Source of the DNA: Eubacteriales bacterium
GTDB lineage: Bacteria > Bacillota > Clostridia > Oscillospirales > CAG-272
Assembly (NCBI GenBank): GCA_045652425.1
Contig: JAZRUG010000017.1
Location: 16,003-80,002, forward strand
DNA length: 64,000 bases
Direction: 5' to 3'
The notes below the pieces were generated by a model that was not told where the DNA came from, made no database searches, and worked only from the letters and a program-made list of their open reading frames with translations. The translations under genes and the position numbers were made by a program. The first letter of the stretch is position 1; each line of letters starts with the position of its first letter. Shown here piece after piece: positions 38,269-45,953 of the stretch.

Positions 38269-38284
38269 AACACTTCTCCTTTTT
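38254..38284. terminator. Bidirectional terminator between the convergent operons
   Basis: Stem aggagaagtg/cacttctcct, flanked by AAAA and TTTT. Confidence 0.7.
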
Positions 38285-38285
38285 G

Positions 38286-39434
38286 CTATACTATAATTAA
38301 TTTTGAATCAACTTCTTTGAAATGGAGTATTTTGTTTTGATAAAAATCTACGTTTTTTAAATTTAAAGCGCTCCAATCCTTGGAAAGAACTTTATTCTCT
38401 ATATCATTTAACCTATCTTTTTTCAATTTACTTGCATTAAACAAACCATCTGATATTATTATTGGATAAACATTAACTTTTTTATTTTTGTTTAAATAAA
38501 ATGGCAATATATAATCTTTTAGCCAAACTAAATAACCCTCAATTTGGTTTATAATACCGATAGAAACCCCTTCGTCTTTTAATTCAATTAAAGAAATATC
38601 AACACTATTTTCATCTTCTTGAATTGTCATGACATCAATGCGATGTTCTCCAAAACTACACATTACCTCATTTCCAATCCATTTAATTTCTTTTTCATTG
38701 GTTAAGATTTTTATGTAATCTGAACTTTTGAGTATCGTTACTGTAAGAAATTGTATATAATGTTCAAAAGCCTTGCCTTTTTTATACTTTTCCAACATGT
38801 TCAACAACAAGTTTTCAGTAACGTCAATTTTTCTATCAGATGAATATTGATTAGTATTGTTGGTTTTTTCTATTTCCTGATTTTCTAGGTTGAAAGAAAA
38901 GTGTTCTCCATTCAATACGGTATTATCCCGTGAAATTCTTTTTAAAAACAAGTCATATTCCGCATCGGTAATCATAGTACAACCACGATTACCGCCGAGC
39001 TTTCTATAAATAAGAGACCAACACAATTGATTGGGTTTAGTAAGACCTTCTAACGAATCGAGATAATTGTATTCGCTTATTCCTTTTTGAAAAACCTTAT
39101 ATGGTTTAATTAAAATTCTATATGTTAATTTTTTTTGAAGTTCTGAAAACAAATAATTGTCATCATCATTGGGGTCAACAAAGAAATCACTGACCGCTTC
39201 AAAAACACCGTAAAATTTAGAAATTCCGGTCACAAAAAAGATGATCTTATCTCCTTTTCTAATTCTAGCAAGGTCTACCATCATGCCAACCGATCGTTTC
39301 TCGTTTTGAGTATGTATTGTTATAGATGGATCAAAAATGAAATCAGTAGATACTTCTGAAGCACCTGTTCCTGCGAACATATTCTCCAAATGCACCTTAA
39401 AAGTATTTTGGTTGACAATAAAAACGTGTGCCAT
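38286..39434 (-). CDS. Two-domain protein: N-terminal PUA/EVE-like candidate and C-terminal PD-(D/E)xK nuclease candidate
   Basis: Start at ATG 39434, 1 nt after the HNH gene stop (TAAAATG). N-terminal pattern IRKGDKIIFFVTGISKFYGVFEAVSDFFVDP...YRILIKP. C-terminal HRIDVMT...ISLIELKD fits D...E-x-K. Both assignments are by eye. Confidence 0.45.
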   Translation of the reverse strand: MAHVFIVNQNTFKVHLENMFAGTGASEVSTDFIFDPSITIHTQNEKRSVGMMVDLARIRKGDKIIFFVTGISKFYGVFEAVSDFFVDPNDDDNYLFSELQKKLTYRILIKPYKVFQKGISEYNYLDSLEGLTKPNQLCWSLIYRKLGGNRGCTMITDAEYDLFLKRISRDNTVLNGEHFSFNLENQEIEKTNNTNQYSSDRKIDVTENLLLNMLEKYKKGKAFEHYIQFLTVTILKSSDYIKILTNEKEIKWIGNEVMCSFGEHRIDVMTIQEDENSVDISLIELKDEGVSIGIINQIEGYLVWLKDYILPFYLNKNKKVNVYPIIISDGLFNASKLKKDRLNDIENKVLSKDWSALNLKNVDFYQNKILHFKEVDSKLIIV

Positions 39435-39435
39435 T

Positions 39436-40047
39436 TTACTTCTTCTCCTCCAAATGACTTCTAAATTCAATTGGATCATACCAATAACAGCCCTCGCACG
39501 CGTTTTCCTCATTGTTATGAGTTGGGCCACCTTTATAGTATGCCATTGGATAACCTAGTTGCCTTGCATCATAACGAATACCCGTTCTGCGGCATTCGAT
39601 GCAAAATTGACGCTTTGCGTCGTTTGCAGCTTTGCTTAATGGTTGAAAATCTTCGTATCTTTGATCTTCATTAAGCATTACTCGTCCTTCATTTTTCATT
39701 CCGTTTTTATGATCGACTTCCGGGTTAGATGTTCCAAGAACCACACATCGTTGAGATTGCATTGCGCGTTTAATAGTAGGATCAATATAAGACGAATACG
39801 GGTCACCTGTATTAAATCCGACAGTTCGTATTGCATCTGTTCTGTTGCCCGGAGTTATGCTTTTATCTCTTTCAACAATATACTTTCTGCCAAAAGAACC
39901 ATCATCTCTTGACCATCCAGCACCATTAAGTAGCTGCAATCCTTGATATTCACCTACAAATTCATCCACGCTAACCCATCTGCTACATCCGTTTTCATCG
40001 ATCTGAGCTAATTCTTCAAATAATTGTATTTTTGTCTTTCTTGGCAT
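39436..40047 (-). CDS. HNH (beta-beta-alpha-Me) type restriction endonuclease candidate
   Basis: EVDHKNGMKNEG...QPLSKAANDAKR plus Cys pairs CIEC...CEGC. Immediately downstream of a C-protein gene. Confidence 0.65.
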   Translation of the reverse strand: MPRKTKIQLFEELAQIDENGCSRWVSVDEFVGEYQGLQLLNGAGWSRDDGSFGRKYIVERDKSITPGNRTDAIRTVGFNTGDPYSSYIDPTIKRAMQSQRCVVLGTSNPEVDHKNGMKNEGRVMLNEDQRYEDFQPLSKAANDAKRQFCIECRRTGIRYDARQLGYPMAYYKGGPTHNNEENACEGCYWYDPIEFRSHLEEKK

Positions 40048-40058
40048 TTTGAAACTCC

Positions 40059-40268
40059 TTATTCAAAAGTAAAAAATTCTGCTAAACTAACATTTAATGC
40101 TGTTGCTAACTTTTCAATGTTTACAATAGATATATTGCGTTTACCTCTTTCAACACTGGTTATGTATGTCCTGTCAAGTTCGACAATGGCAGCCAATTCT
40201 TCTTGACTAACACCGAGTTTGTTGCGTAATTCTCTTATTCTTTTTCCAACAGTTTGTTTAATGTCCAT
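40059..40268 (-). CDS. R-M controller (C) protein, XRE HTH
   Basis: MDIKQTVGKRIRELRNKLGVSQEELAAIVELDRTYITSVERGKRNISIVNIEKLATAL matches the C-protein pattern (ERGxRNxS). Start at ATG 40268 behind GAGGAG. Confidence 0.85.
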   Translation of the reverse strand: MDIKQTVGKRIRELRNKLGVSQEELAAIVELDRTYITSVERGKRNISIVNIEKLATALNVSLAEFFTFE

Positions 40269-40311
40269 AATATCTCCTCGCTTAGTGAGTATATATAAAT
40301 TATACAAAAAG

Positions 40312-40342
40312 GTGACTCATTTCACAACGGACTTTAAGTCAC
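40312..40342 (-). promoter_or_regulatory. C-box operator overlapping the promoter of the C-R operon
   Basis: Minus strand reads GTGACTTAAAGTCCGTTGTGAAATGAGTCAC. It contains a perfect GACT-N3-AGTC box plus a degenerate second box with outer GTGACT/AGTCAC symmetry, followed by TGTATAAT and then the RBS. Confidence 0.65.
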
Positions 40343-40412
40343 ATAATGCTCTTGATGTCTTTTACAAAAATAAAAGCCGAACCTATCAATAGATAGATTC
40401 AGCTAAATGTGT

Positions 40413-40460
40413 AAATAAAATCTCGGCTAAAATGCGATTGGATGCGATTTTAGCCGAGAT
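40413..40460 (-). terminator. Rho-independent terminator after the TnpV-side operon
   Basis: 14-bp stem atctcggctaaaat/attttagccgagat with A-rich 40413-40420 (U-tract on the minus strand). Confidence 0.7.
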
Positions 40461-40466
40461 CTTTAC

Positions 40467-40622
40467 TTATTTAGTTTCGTTTGAGACATTTTGGCCTTCA
40501 TCTGTTTTTAGCCATTCTTCATACTCACGTTGCCTTTCTTCGCTTTGAAAGAAGGCAATCATGTCTGGCATAATGACACGAACAAAAGAACGTATCGCTT
40601 CATCAGGAATGGTACAACTCAT
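40467..40622 (-). CDS. Small ORF (51 aa) coupled to the TnpV-like gene
   Basis: Below the track cutoff. My translation: MSCTIPDEAIRSFVRVIMPDMIAFFQSEERQREYEEWLKTDEGQNVSNETK. Its ATG overlaps the upstream stop (ATGA) and a terminator follows. Confidence 0.4.
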   Translation of the reverse strand: MSCTIPDEAIRSFVRVIMPDMIAFFQSEERQREYEEWLKTDEGQNVSNETK

Positions 40623-41002
40623 ACGTAAATCAACTCCTTATATATAATTTCGTTGATTCTATCACGTATGTTATTCATTTTGCAAACCCATTCCATTTGA
40701 TTATCTGCTTTGAGCTGCTCGGTGATGCTTTCGGCGGTTTTGTATTGTGAGATAGGTGTATCAAACATTTCTTCCGCTTGTTTGTTAATATCAGCGAGGT
40801 AGCGATTAAGTTTGCAGTCTAAAACCAACGAAGTATAGAAACCTTTACGGTGATGTTTGATATGCTCTAAATGCCGTTGTCCCCATACACCGATTTCGAC
40901 TTGTTCTTCATCGGGAGGTTTTAGGCAAGGGATGTAATAATCGCCTTGAAGTTCGTACCATAAACCATTGTTTTCATCGTAGATATATTTTTCCATAATC
41001 AA
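40619..41002 (-). CDS. TnpV-like transposon protein
   Basis: NGLWYELQGDYYIPCL...GVWGQRHLEHIKHHRKGFYTSLVLDCKLNRYLADINKQAEEMF...QLKADNQMEWVCKMNNIRDRINEIIYKELIY matches my memory of the TnpV family of Tn4451-like elements. Confidence 0.7.
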   Translation of the reverse strand: MIMEKYIYDENNGLWYELQGDYYIPCLKPPDEEQVEIGVWGQRHLEHIKHHRKGFYTSLVLDCKLNRYLADINKQAEEMFDTPISQYKTAESITEQLKADNQMEWVCKMNNIRDRINEIIYKELIYV

Positions 41003-41301
41003 ACCTCCTTCAGCAAATCTTTGAATGGTGCCTCATCGTTTACAAAAGTGTCGTATGTAAACTGCGCGCCAAGCCGAAATCCCATAATAAAACTATCGAG
41101 GTTTGATTCTCCGTTCATACCACTCCAAGCGTTACAAAACTCAAGGAACTTCTTTTTACTTTCACCGGTGAGGTTATCAGTTAGATAGTCCTCGTTTAGC
41201 ATCAGAACTTCCATTTGCTTTTGGACGGTTATATTTTCTTTTGTGCTACGTGCCTGTGGATCTAAATTACCATAGTAAAATTCTTTAATAAACTTATACA
41301 T
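40999..41301 (-). CDS. Hypothetical protein, first gene of the right-end operon
   Basis: 100-aa ORF with a 4-nt overlap with the TnpV-like gene. No motif recognised. Confidence 0.5.
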   Translation of the reverse strand: MYKFIKEFYYGNLDPQARSTKENITVQKQMEVLMLNEDYLTDNLTGESKKKFLEFCNAWSGMNGESNLDSFIMGFRLGAQFTYDTFVNDEAPFKDLLKEV

Positions 41302-41380
41302 TTAATTGTCCTCCTTAATTTTCAAGGAAAACACTATTTTCACGGATTAGGTAGAGCGAGAAAAGCGTGTGACTACCGGT

Positions 41381-41419
41381 ATTTCAAATGTTATTTGTCA
41401 GGTTGGTTATGAACACTCG
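41381..41419. repeat. Putative attR
   Basis: atttcaaatgttatttgtc-AGGTTGG-ttatgaacactcg. The right arm (41402-41419) is the exact reverse complement of 31041-31058. 41400-41419 is 17/20 identical, in direct orientation, to 31063-31082. Confidence 0.6.
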
Positions 41420-42715
41420 CACCACCAATAACGCAACTGTCGTTGCAATTATGACAGAAATAACGTTGTTAATCCCACCGAGAGATTCAATAGCAAACAC
41501 ACAAGCGGTTATGGGAATACGAGAGGTTGCCCCCAAAAAAGCAGTAATGCCAAGCACTACTATCAGAACATAGTGTTCAGCTCCCAGCCATTCCAAAGCA
41601 ATCATAACCTCTGCGCAAAGAGAACCGATTATAGCACCAAAAGCAATAGTAGGAAGAAATAATCCGCCTGTTACTCCCGAGGTATTCGACAATATCATTA
41701 AAACTGCACGAATTAAGAATACCAAAATCAGCATACCCCATGTGATTTCTGCTCGAAAAATCCTATCCGTCAATGAATGTCCGGTTCCGAGTACGTCTGC
41801 AAAAAAATAACCAATTACGGATATACATACAAACAATACGGGAATGACAACTTTTACTGATAATTTTTTTAGCAAGGTAGTCATAAATCCGTCAATAAAA
41901 TGATATAGACGTGTAAAAAATATAGATCCTACGCCGCATACAAGCCCAAGCAATAAAGGAGCAAAAAACATTTTTGGAGGAATGGCGGCAATAACGGGAA
42001 TATGAAACAAACTAACCGAACCGATACCAAGCGCTGCGAGAATATGTGCTGTAACTTGAGCTGATATAACCGAAAGAGAAACAACAGTCAGTAGTATAGG
42101 CGAAAACTTCTTATGGAGCTCTTCCATAGAGAAGATGATAGCGGTTATGGGAGATGATGTTGCAATTGAAAAACCGGCCGAAGCCCCGCCGGTCATAATA
42201 TATCGGCGCCACCCTCTGTATTTTTTCGTACTGAAACAAGTTATAACACCATCACCAATTGCAGTTCCCATCTGAATACAGGGGCCTTCAGTACCGAGAG
42301 GAACACCGCAAAGAAAAGTTAGTAAAGCAGAAAACGGCAATACAAAAACACTTGCATACCACCTAAAACTAACTATACCGCGAACAGCGGCAATTGATGT
42401 AGGTAAACCGCCCCCTCTGCAGCTTTTAAAACGGGAAAGAATAAGACTTGCAACAAGCCCGACAGCACCGGCACTAACTATAAGCAACAGCAAATAAAAC
42501 GGGTTAGTATGTACTGTGCCGTATATTATGTTTGATAAATGAATAACAACCTCTGCCAATAATTTGAATATGGTAACAATAACTGCAGATAGCAAACCTA
42601 CAGTTATTGAAAATACAAGACAAGGAAAAAGAATATTTTTAAAATGATTATATAGTCGGATATACATGGTAATCTCCCTGACGATTAATAAAGGCAACTC
42701 AAACAGATTGTTCAA
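41384..42715 (-). CDS. ClC-family chloride channel / H+-Cl- exchanger; the last codons are supplied by the element end
   Basis: GGGLPTS, GTEGPCIQMG and G.FLPT motifs in a multi-TM protein. The track start is TTG 42715; ATG 42667 is an alternative. The tail ...NLTNNI* crosses the attR core. Confidence 0.85.
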   Translation of the reverse strand: MNNLFELPLLIVREITMYIRLYNHFKNILFPCLVFSITVGLLSAVIVTIFKLLAEVVIHLSNIIYGTVHTNPFYLLLLIVSAGAVGLVASLILSRFKSCRGGGLPTSIAAVRGIVSFRWYASVFVLPFSALLTFLCGVPLGTEGPCIQMGTAIGDGVITCFSTKKYRGWRRYIMTGGASAGFSIATSSPITAIIFSMEELHKKFSPILLTVVSLSVISAQVTAHILAALGIGSVSLFHIPVIAAIPPKMFFAPLLLGLVCGVGSIFFTRLYHFIDGFMTTLLKKLSVKVVIPVLFVCISVIGYFFADVLGTGHSLTDRIFRAEITWGMLILVFLIRAVLMILSNTSGVTGGLFLPTIAFGAIIGSLCAEVMIALEWLGAEHYVLIVVLGITAFLGATSRIPITACVFAIESLGGINNVISVIIATTVALLVVRVFITNLTNNI

Positions 42716-42817
42716 AATTGATTATTGATTATAACACAATACAAGACATTTTTCAACATAAAAAAAGATTTTTACAGCAAAGAGGATACGAGTTTTTGAC
42801 TCATATCCTCTTTAAAT

Positions 42818-43939
42818 TTATTTCTCCCACGGGAATACGTATTGTGTAAGTTTCAGCTCGTCGCGGACTTGTGTTATTTCTTTTTGAACTGACTTATTTA
42901 TCGGTACACCGTTCTTACGTGCAAGTCTTATTTCATATTCTTTTTCACCTGCGGTATATATCCTGTCAGCCCCGGGTGCTTTCTTTGCATTTCGCATACT
43001 GCGGCTTATTTCACCCGCTTTTTTACGCGCAATGTCTTCGCCCAAGAAATGATCGGTATCTATCGCAATAAACCAATGTCCAAGACTGTAGTGGCGTTTG
43101 TTTCCATTTTCGTCTTTGCCACTTAACGCCTTTCCGTACGCGCCGTCTTGCAATATCGACGCCATAAATTCAACGGCAAGAGCAAAACCGTACCCCTTAT
43201 AGCCACCAAGCGATTCACCTATTCCGCCTAAAGTCGTAAGAGCCGCAGTCCCTCCGTTTATTCTTTTGAGTGCTTCACCTGCATCCCCCTCGACGGCAGT
43301 TCCGTCATCGGCTACTATAGTTCCTACGTGTACGTTTTCGCCGATTCGGTCATAGTACTCAATTTTTCCGTTTTGTGTTATTGAAGTTGCGCAGTCAAAG
43401 TTAAAATCAAAAGCCTCGTCGGTAGGTACACCTATAGTAAAGGGATTAGTCCCGAACATTCCCTCAACGCTGTTTGTAGGTGCAACAGTGGGACGCGCAT
43501 TAGTGCCGGTCATACCGATACATCCCGCCTTTGTAGCCATTGAAGAATAATATCCCGCAATACCGTAATGGCAAGAGTTACGTACGACTACCATACCCAT
43601 ACCGTATTCTTTAGCCTTGGCAATAGCCATATTCATAGCCTTGTAACCAATCACTTGCCCCATACCGTGATGCCCGTCGATAACGGCGGTAGTAGGAGTT
43701 TCTTTTATTATTTCAATTTCCGTAACTGCATTTTGTATGCCTGCCTTGATTCTGTCAAGATATACGGGCTTAAAGCGGTTTACACCATGCGATTCGATCC
43801 CCCTCTTGTCTGCCTCAAGAAGAACGTCAGCGCATATTTTTGCATCTTCATGCGGAATACCATATCCAACAAATACATCTATTACAAAGTTTGTAATGGT
43901 TTCCCAATCTACAATTTCAGTTATATTATTTTTCGCCAT
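42818..43939 (-). CDS. Ldh_2-family (malate/L-lactate/sulfolactate-type) dehydrogenase
   Basis: 373 aa with GIESHGVNRF and HYGIAGYY patterns typical of the Ldh_2 family. Confidence 0.8.
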   Translation of the reverse strand: MAKNNITEIVDWETITNFVIDVFVGYGIPHEDAKICADVLLEADKRGIESHGVNRFKPVYLDRIKAGIQNAVTEIEIIKETPTTAVIDGHHGMGQVIGYKAMNMAIAKAKEYGMGMVVVRNSCHYGIAGYYSSMATKAGCIGMTGTNARPTVAPTNSVEGMFGTNPFTIGVPTDEAFDFNFDCATSITQNGKIEYYDRIGENVHVGTIVADDGTAVEGDAGEALKRINGGTAALTTLGGIGESLGGYKGYGFALAVEFMASILQDGAYGKALSGKDENGNKRHYSLGHWFIAIDTDHFLGEDIARKKAGEISRSMRNAKKAPGADRIYTAGEKEYEIRLARKNGVPINKSVQKEITQVRDELKLTQYVFPWEK

Positions 43940-43992
43940 TCGTTTGCTACCTCCAAATTATTGTTAAAAAAACTTTTTCTTAAAGTCACTCA

Positions 43993-44613
43993 TCAAGAAT
44001 TTTTCATAATAATCGAGCCAACACATTCGCTTACGTGTTCGCACGCATCTGCACAAGCCTCAAAGCAATCAAAAATCTTGTACCAAGCAATTGCCGTCAA
44101 TGCATCGGTTAACTTTTTTGTTATATTGTTCGTAGTCGAAAGGTAAAGCTTGTCACATTCTTCCTCTACGTCATTACAAGCAATGATAAGAGAACGCATA
44201 ATCTTAGATTTTTTGAAGTTTTCAAATTCATCCATAATCTGTACGAGCAACTCGCAACTTTTTACTAATTTTTTTGCAAATTCTATTGCAGCAGGTTCAA
44301 TTTCCTGAACGTTAAAAATATAAAATTTCTGCAATATTTCTTCTATTGTATCAGAAACGTTATCAAGCTGTTGGCTGAGAATATCAAGGTCCTCGCGGTC
44401 AATAGGAGTAACAAAAGCCTTTGCAAGATTTTCATTCATTTCGTGTTTTTTTATGTCTGCCTGATGCTCAAAAGTATGCATTTTCTCAAGCATTTCAGAA
44501 ATTCTTTCAGCATCATAATTTTCAAGACAATCAACAAGATAGTTTGCCGCACTTTTAGCAAGAACTGCACATTCCGAAAAGTTTGCAAAATAGAATTTAT
44601 CACCTTTAGCCAT
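43993..44613 (-). CDS. DUF47 (PhoU-like) protein associated with the PiT transporter
   Basis: 206-aa helical protein with HxxEHxAD-like FEHQADIKKHE. Immediately downstream of pit. Confidence 0.8.
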   Translation of the reverse strand: MAKGDKFYFANFSECAVLAKSAANYLVDCLENYDAERISEMLEKMHTFEHQADIKKHEMNENLAKAFVTPIDREDLDILSQQLDNVSDTIEEILQKFYIFNVQEIEPAAIEFAKKLVKSCELLVQIMDEFENFKKSKIMRSLIIACNDVEEECDKLYLSTTNNITKKLTDALTAIAWYKIFDCFEACADACEHVSECVGSIIMKNS

Positions 44614-44642
44614 TGTTTTATTATCCTTTCTTTTTGTTATGT

Positions 44643-45695
44643 TCAGTTAAAAATATACAAAAACAGTTTCGTTACCAAAAAAGCAAGAATTCCGCATCCG
44701 GGGAACGTAAGTATCCACGTCATAACCATCTCTTTTACTACGCCAAAATTTATTGCCGAAATACGCTTAACGGCACCTACACCCATGATAGAGGTAGTTT
44801 TTACGTGAGTAGTAGAAACTGGCAACCCGAACACCGAACAGAAAACAAGGGAAAGTGAGGATGCAATGTCAGCGGAAAAACCTTGATATTTTTCAAGTTT
44901 TACCATATCCATACCGACCGACTTGATAATCTTTTTACCGCCCATAGCCGTTCCTGCCGCCATAATAAGCGAACAAACTATCATCAGCCACATTGGAATT
45001 TCAAAAGAGGATGCGGCAACTCCGGTACCCTGCAATGTAAATACACAAAGCAAAATGATACCCATAAACTTCTGTCCGTCCTGCGCGCCATGCATAAAAG
45101 CCATCGCGGCCGCACCGACAATTTGCGCCCCTCTGAAAAACGGCTCTGTTTTAGGTCTGTTCACTTTGTAACAAATAACCGTTACAAATTTGCAGATAAG
45201 CCAAGCCAGTCCAAAGCCCAGCACTATAGAAATACCAATACCGTAAATTACCTTCAACCATTGAGTCCAAACGATAGCGCCCATACCGTTCAATGCCATA
45301 GCTCCGCCTGTCAAACCTGCAATAAGAGCATGGCTCTCGCTTGTGGGAATACCGAATACCCAAGCAAGTGTAGCCCAAACAACGATAGCAAACATTGCCG
45401 CGCAAAGTACGATAATTATCGTGCGACCTTCGTTTTCACCGAAATTAACCATACTTGTAATAGTTACAGCTACCTCGTTACTGATTTTTGTCATAATGAA
45501 TACACCGAGGAAGTTAAACAACGCCGCCATAAGTATTGCCGCCCTTGGAGGCATACATCTCGTTACGACACAGGTTGCAATAGCATTTGGAGCATCAGTC
45601 CAACCGTTGACAAGTATTACACCGAGTGTAAGCGTTACAGCAACGAATAATAGTGGATTCGCTGTCATTTGATTTAGAAATTCTAAAATCTCCAT
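44643..45695 (-). CDS. pit: Inorganic phosphate transporter, PiT family
   Basis: NGWTDAPNAIAT and HGAQDGQK signatures in a multi-TM protein. Confidence 0.9.
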   Translation of the reverse strand: MEILEFLNQMTANPLLFVAVTLTLGVILVNGWTDAPNAIATCVVTRCMPPRAAILMAALFNFLGVFIMTKISNEVAVTITSMVNFGENEGRTIIIVLCAAMFAIVVWATLAWVFGIPTSESHALIAGLTGGAMALNGMGAIVWTQWLKVIYGIGISIVLGFGLAWLICKFVTVICYKVNRPKTEPFFRGAQIVGAAAMAFMHGAQDGQKFMGIILLCVFTLQGTGVAASSFEIPMWLMIVCSLIMAAGTAMGGKKIIKSVGMDMVKLEKYQGFSADIASSLSLVFCSVFGLPVSTTHVKTTSIMGVGAVKRISAINFGVVKEMVMTWILTFPGCGILAFLVTKLFLYIFN

Positions 45696-45953
45696 AGACT
45701 CCCCTCTTTCACTTCACACGTCTAAATGTTTCTCGGTCTATACCCCAAAATTACTAAACTATTGTATCATAAAACCACAAAACTTTCAAGTGTTTTTAGT
45801 TGACTTCTCCAATTGGTATCAAAGTAAATACTGTTATTTCAAATAACTCACTCAAAAGTAATTATTCATCAAGCGTTGAAATGTTTTGAAAAATATGTTA
45901 TTATAAATATATGTGTAAAAATCACCTATTATTTTTGTAAAATTGGAGCTTAT

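Larger units (their letters stand above)
31041..41419. mobile_element. About 10.4-kb integrative element of the large-serine-recombinase (TnpX/TnpV, Tn4451-like) type carrying restriction/defence cargo
   Basis: Recombinase at the left end and a TnpV-like gene at the right end. A perfect 18-nt inverted repeat, CGAGTGTTCATAACCAAC, sits at both termini (31041-31058 and the reverse complement of 41402-41419). Both ends share the AGGTTGG core, the block looks more AT-rich by eye, and it interrupts the ClC/TrkA-C locus. Confidence 0.8.

Noticed and set aside
31041-41419. Alternative model in which the 18-nt terminal inverted repeats are transposon-internal ends with crossover just outside them
   Set aside because: The dinucleotides flanking the two inverted repeats differ (AT versus CA), and the outer flanks show no half-site similarity. 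The centres of the palindromes share AGGTTGG in direct orientation, which fits serine-recombinase att sites better. This model is not fully excluded without an empty site.
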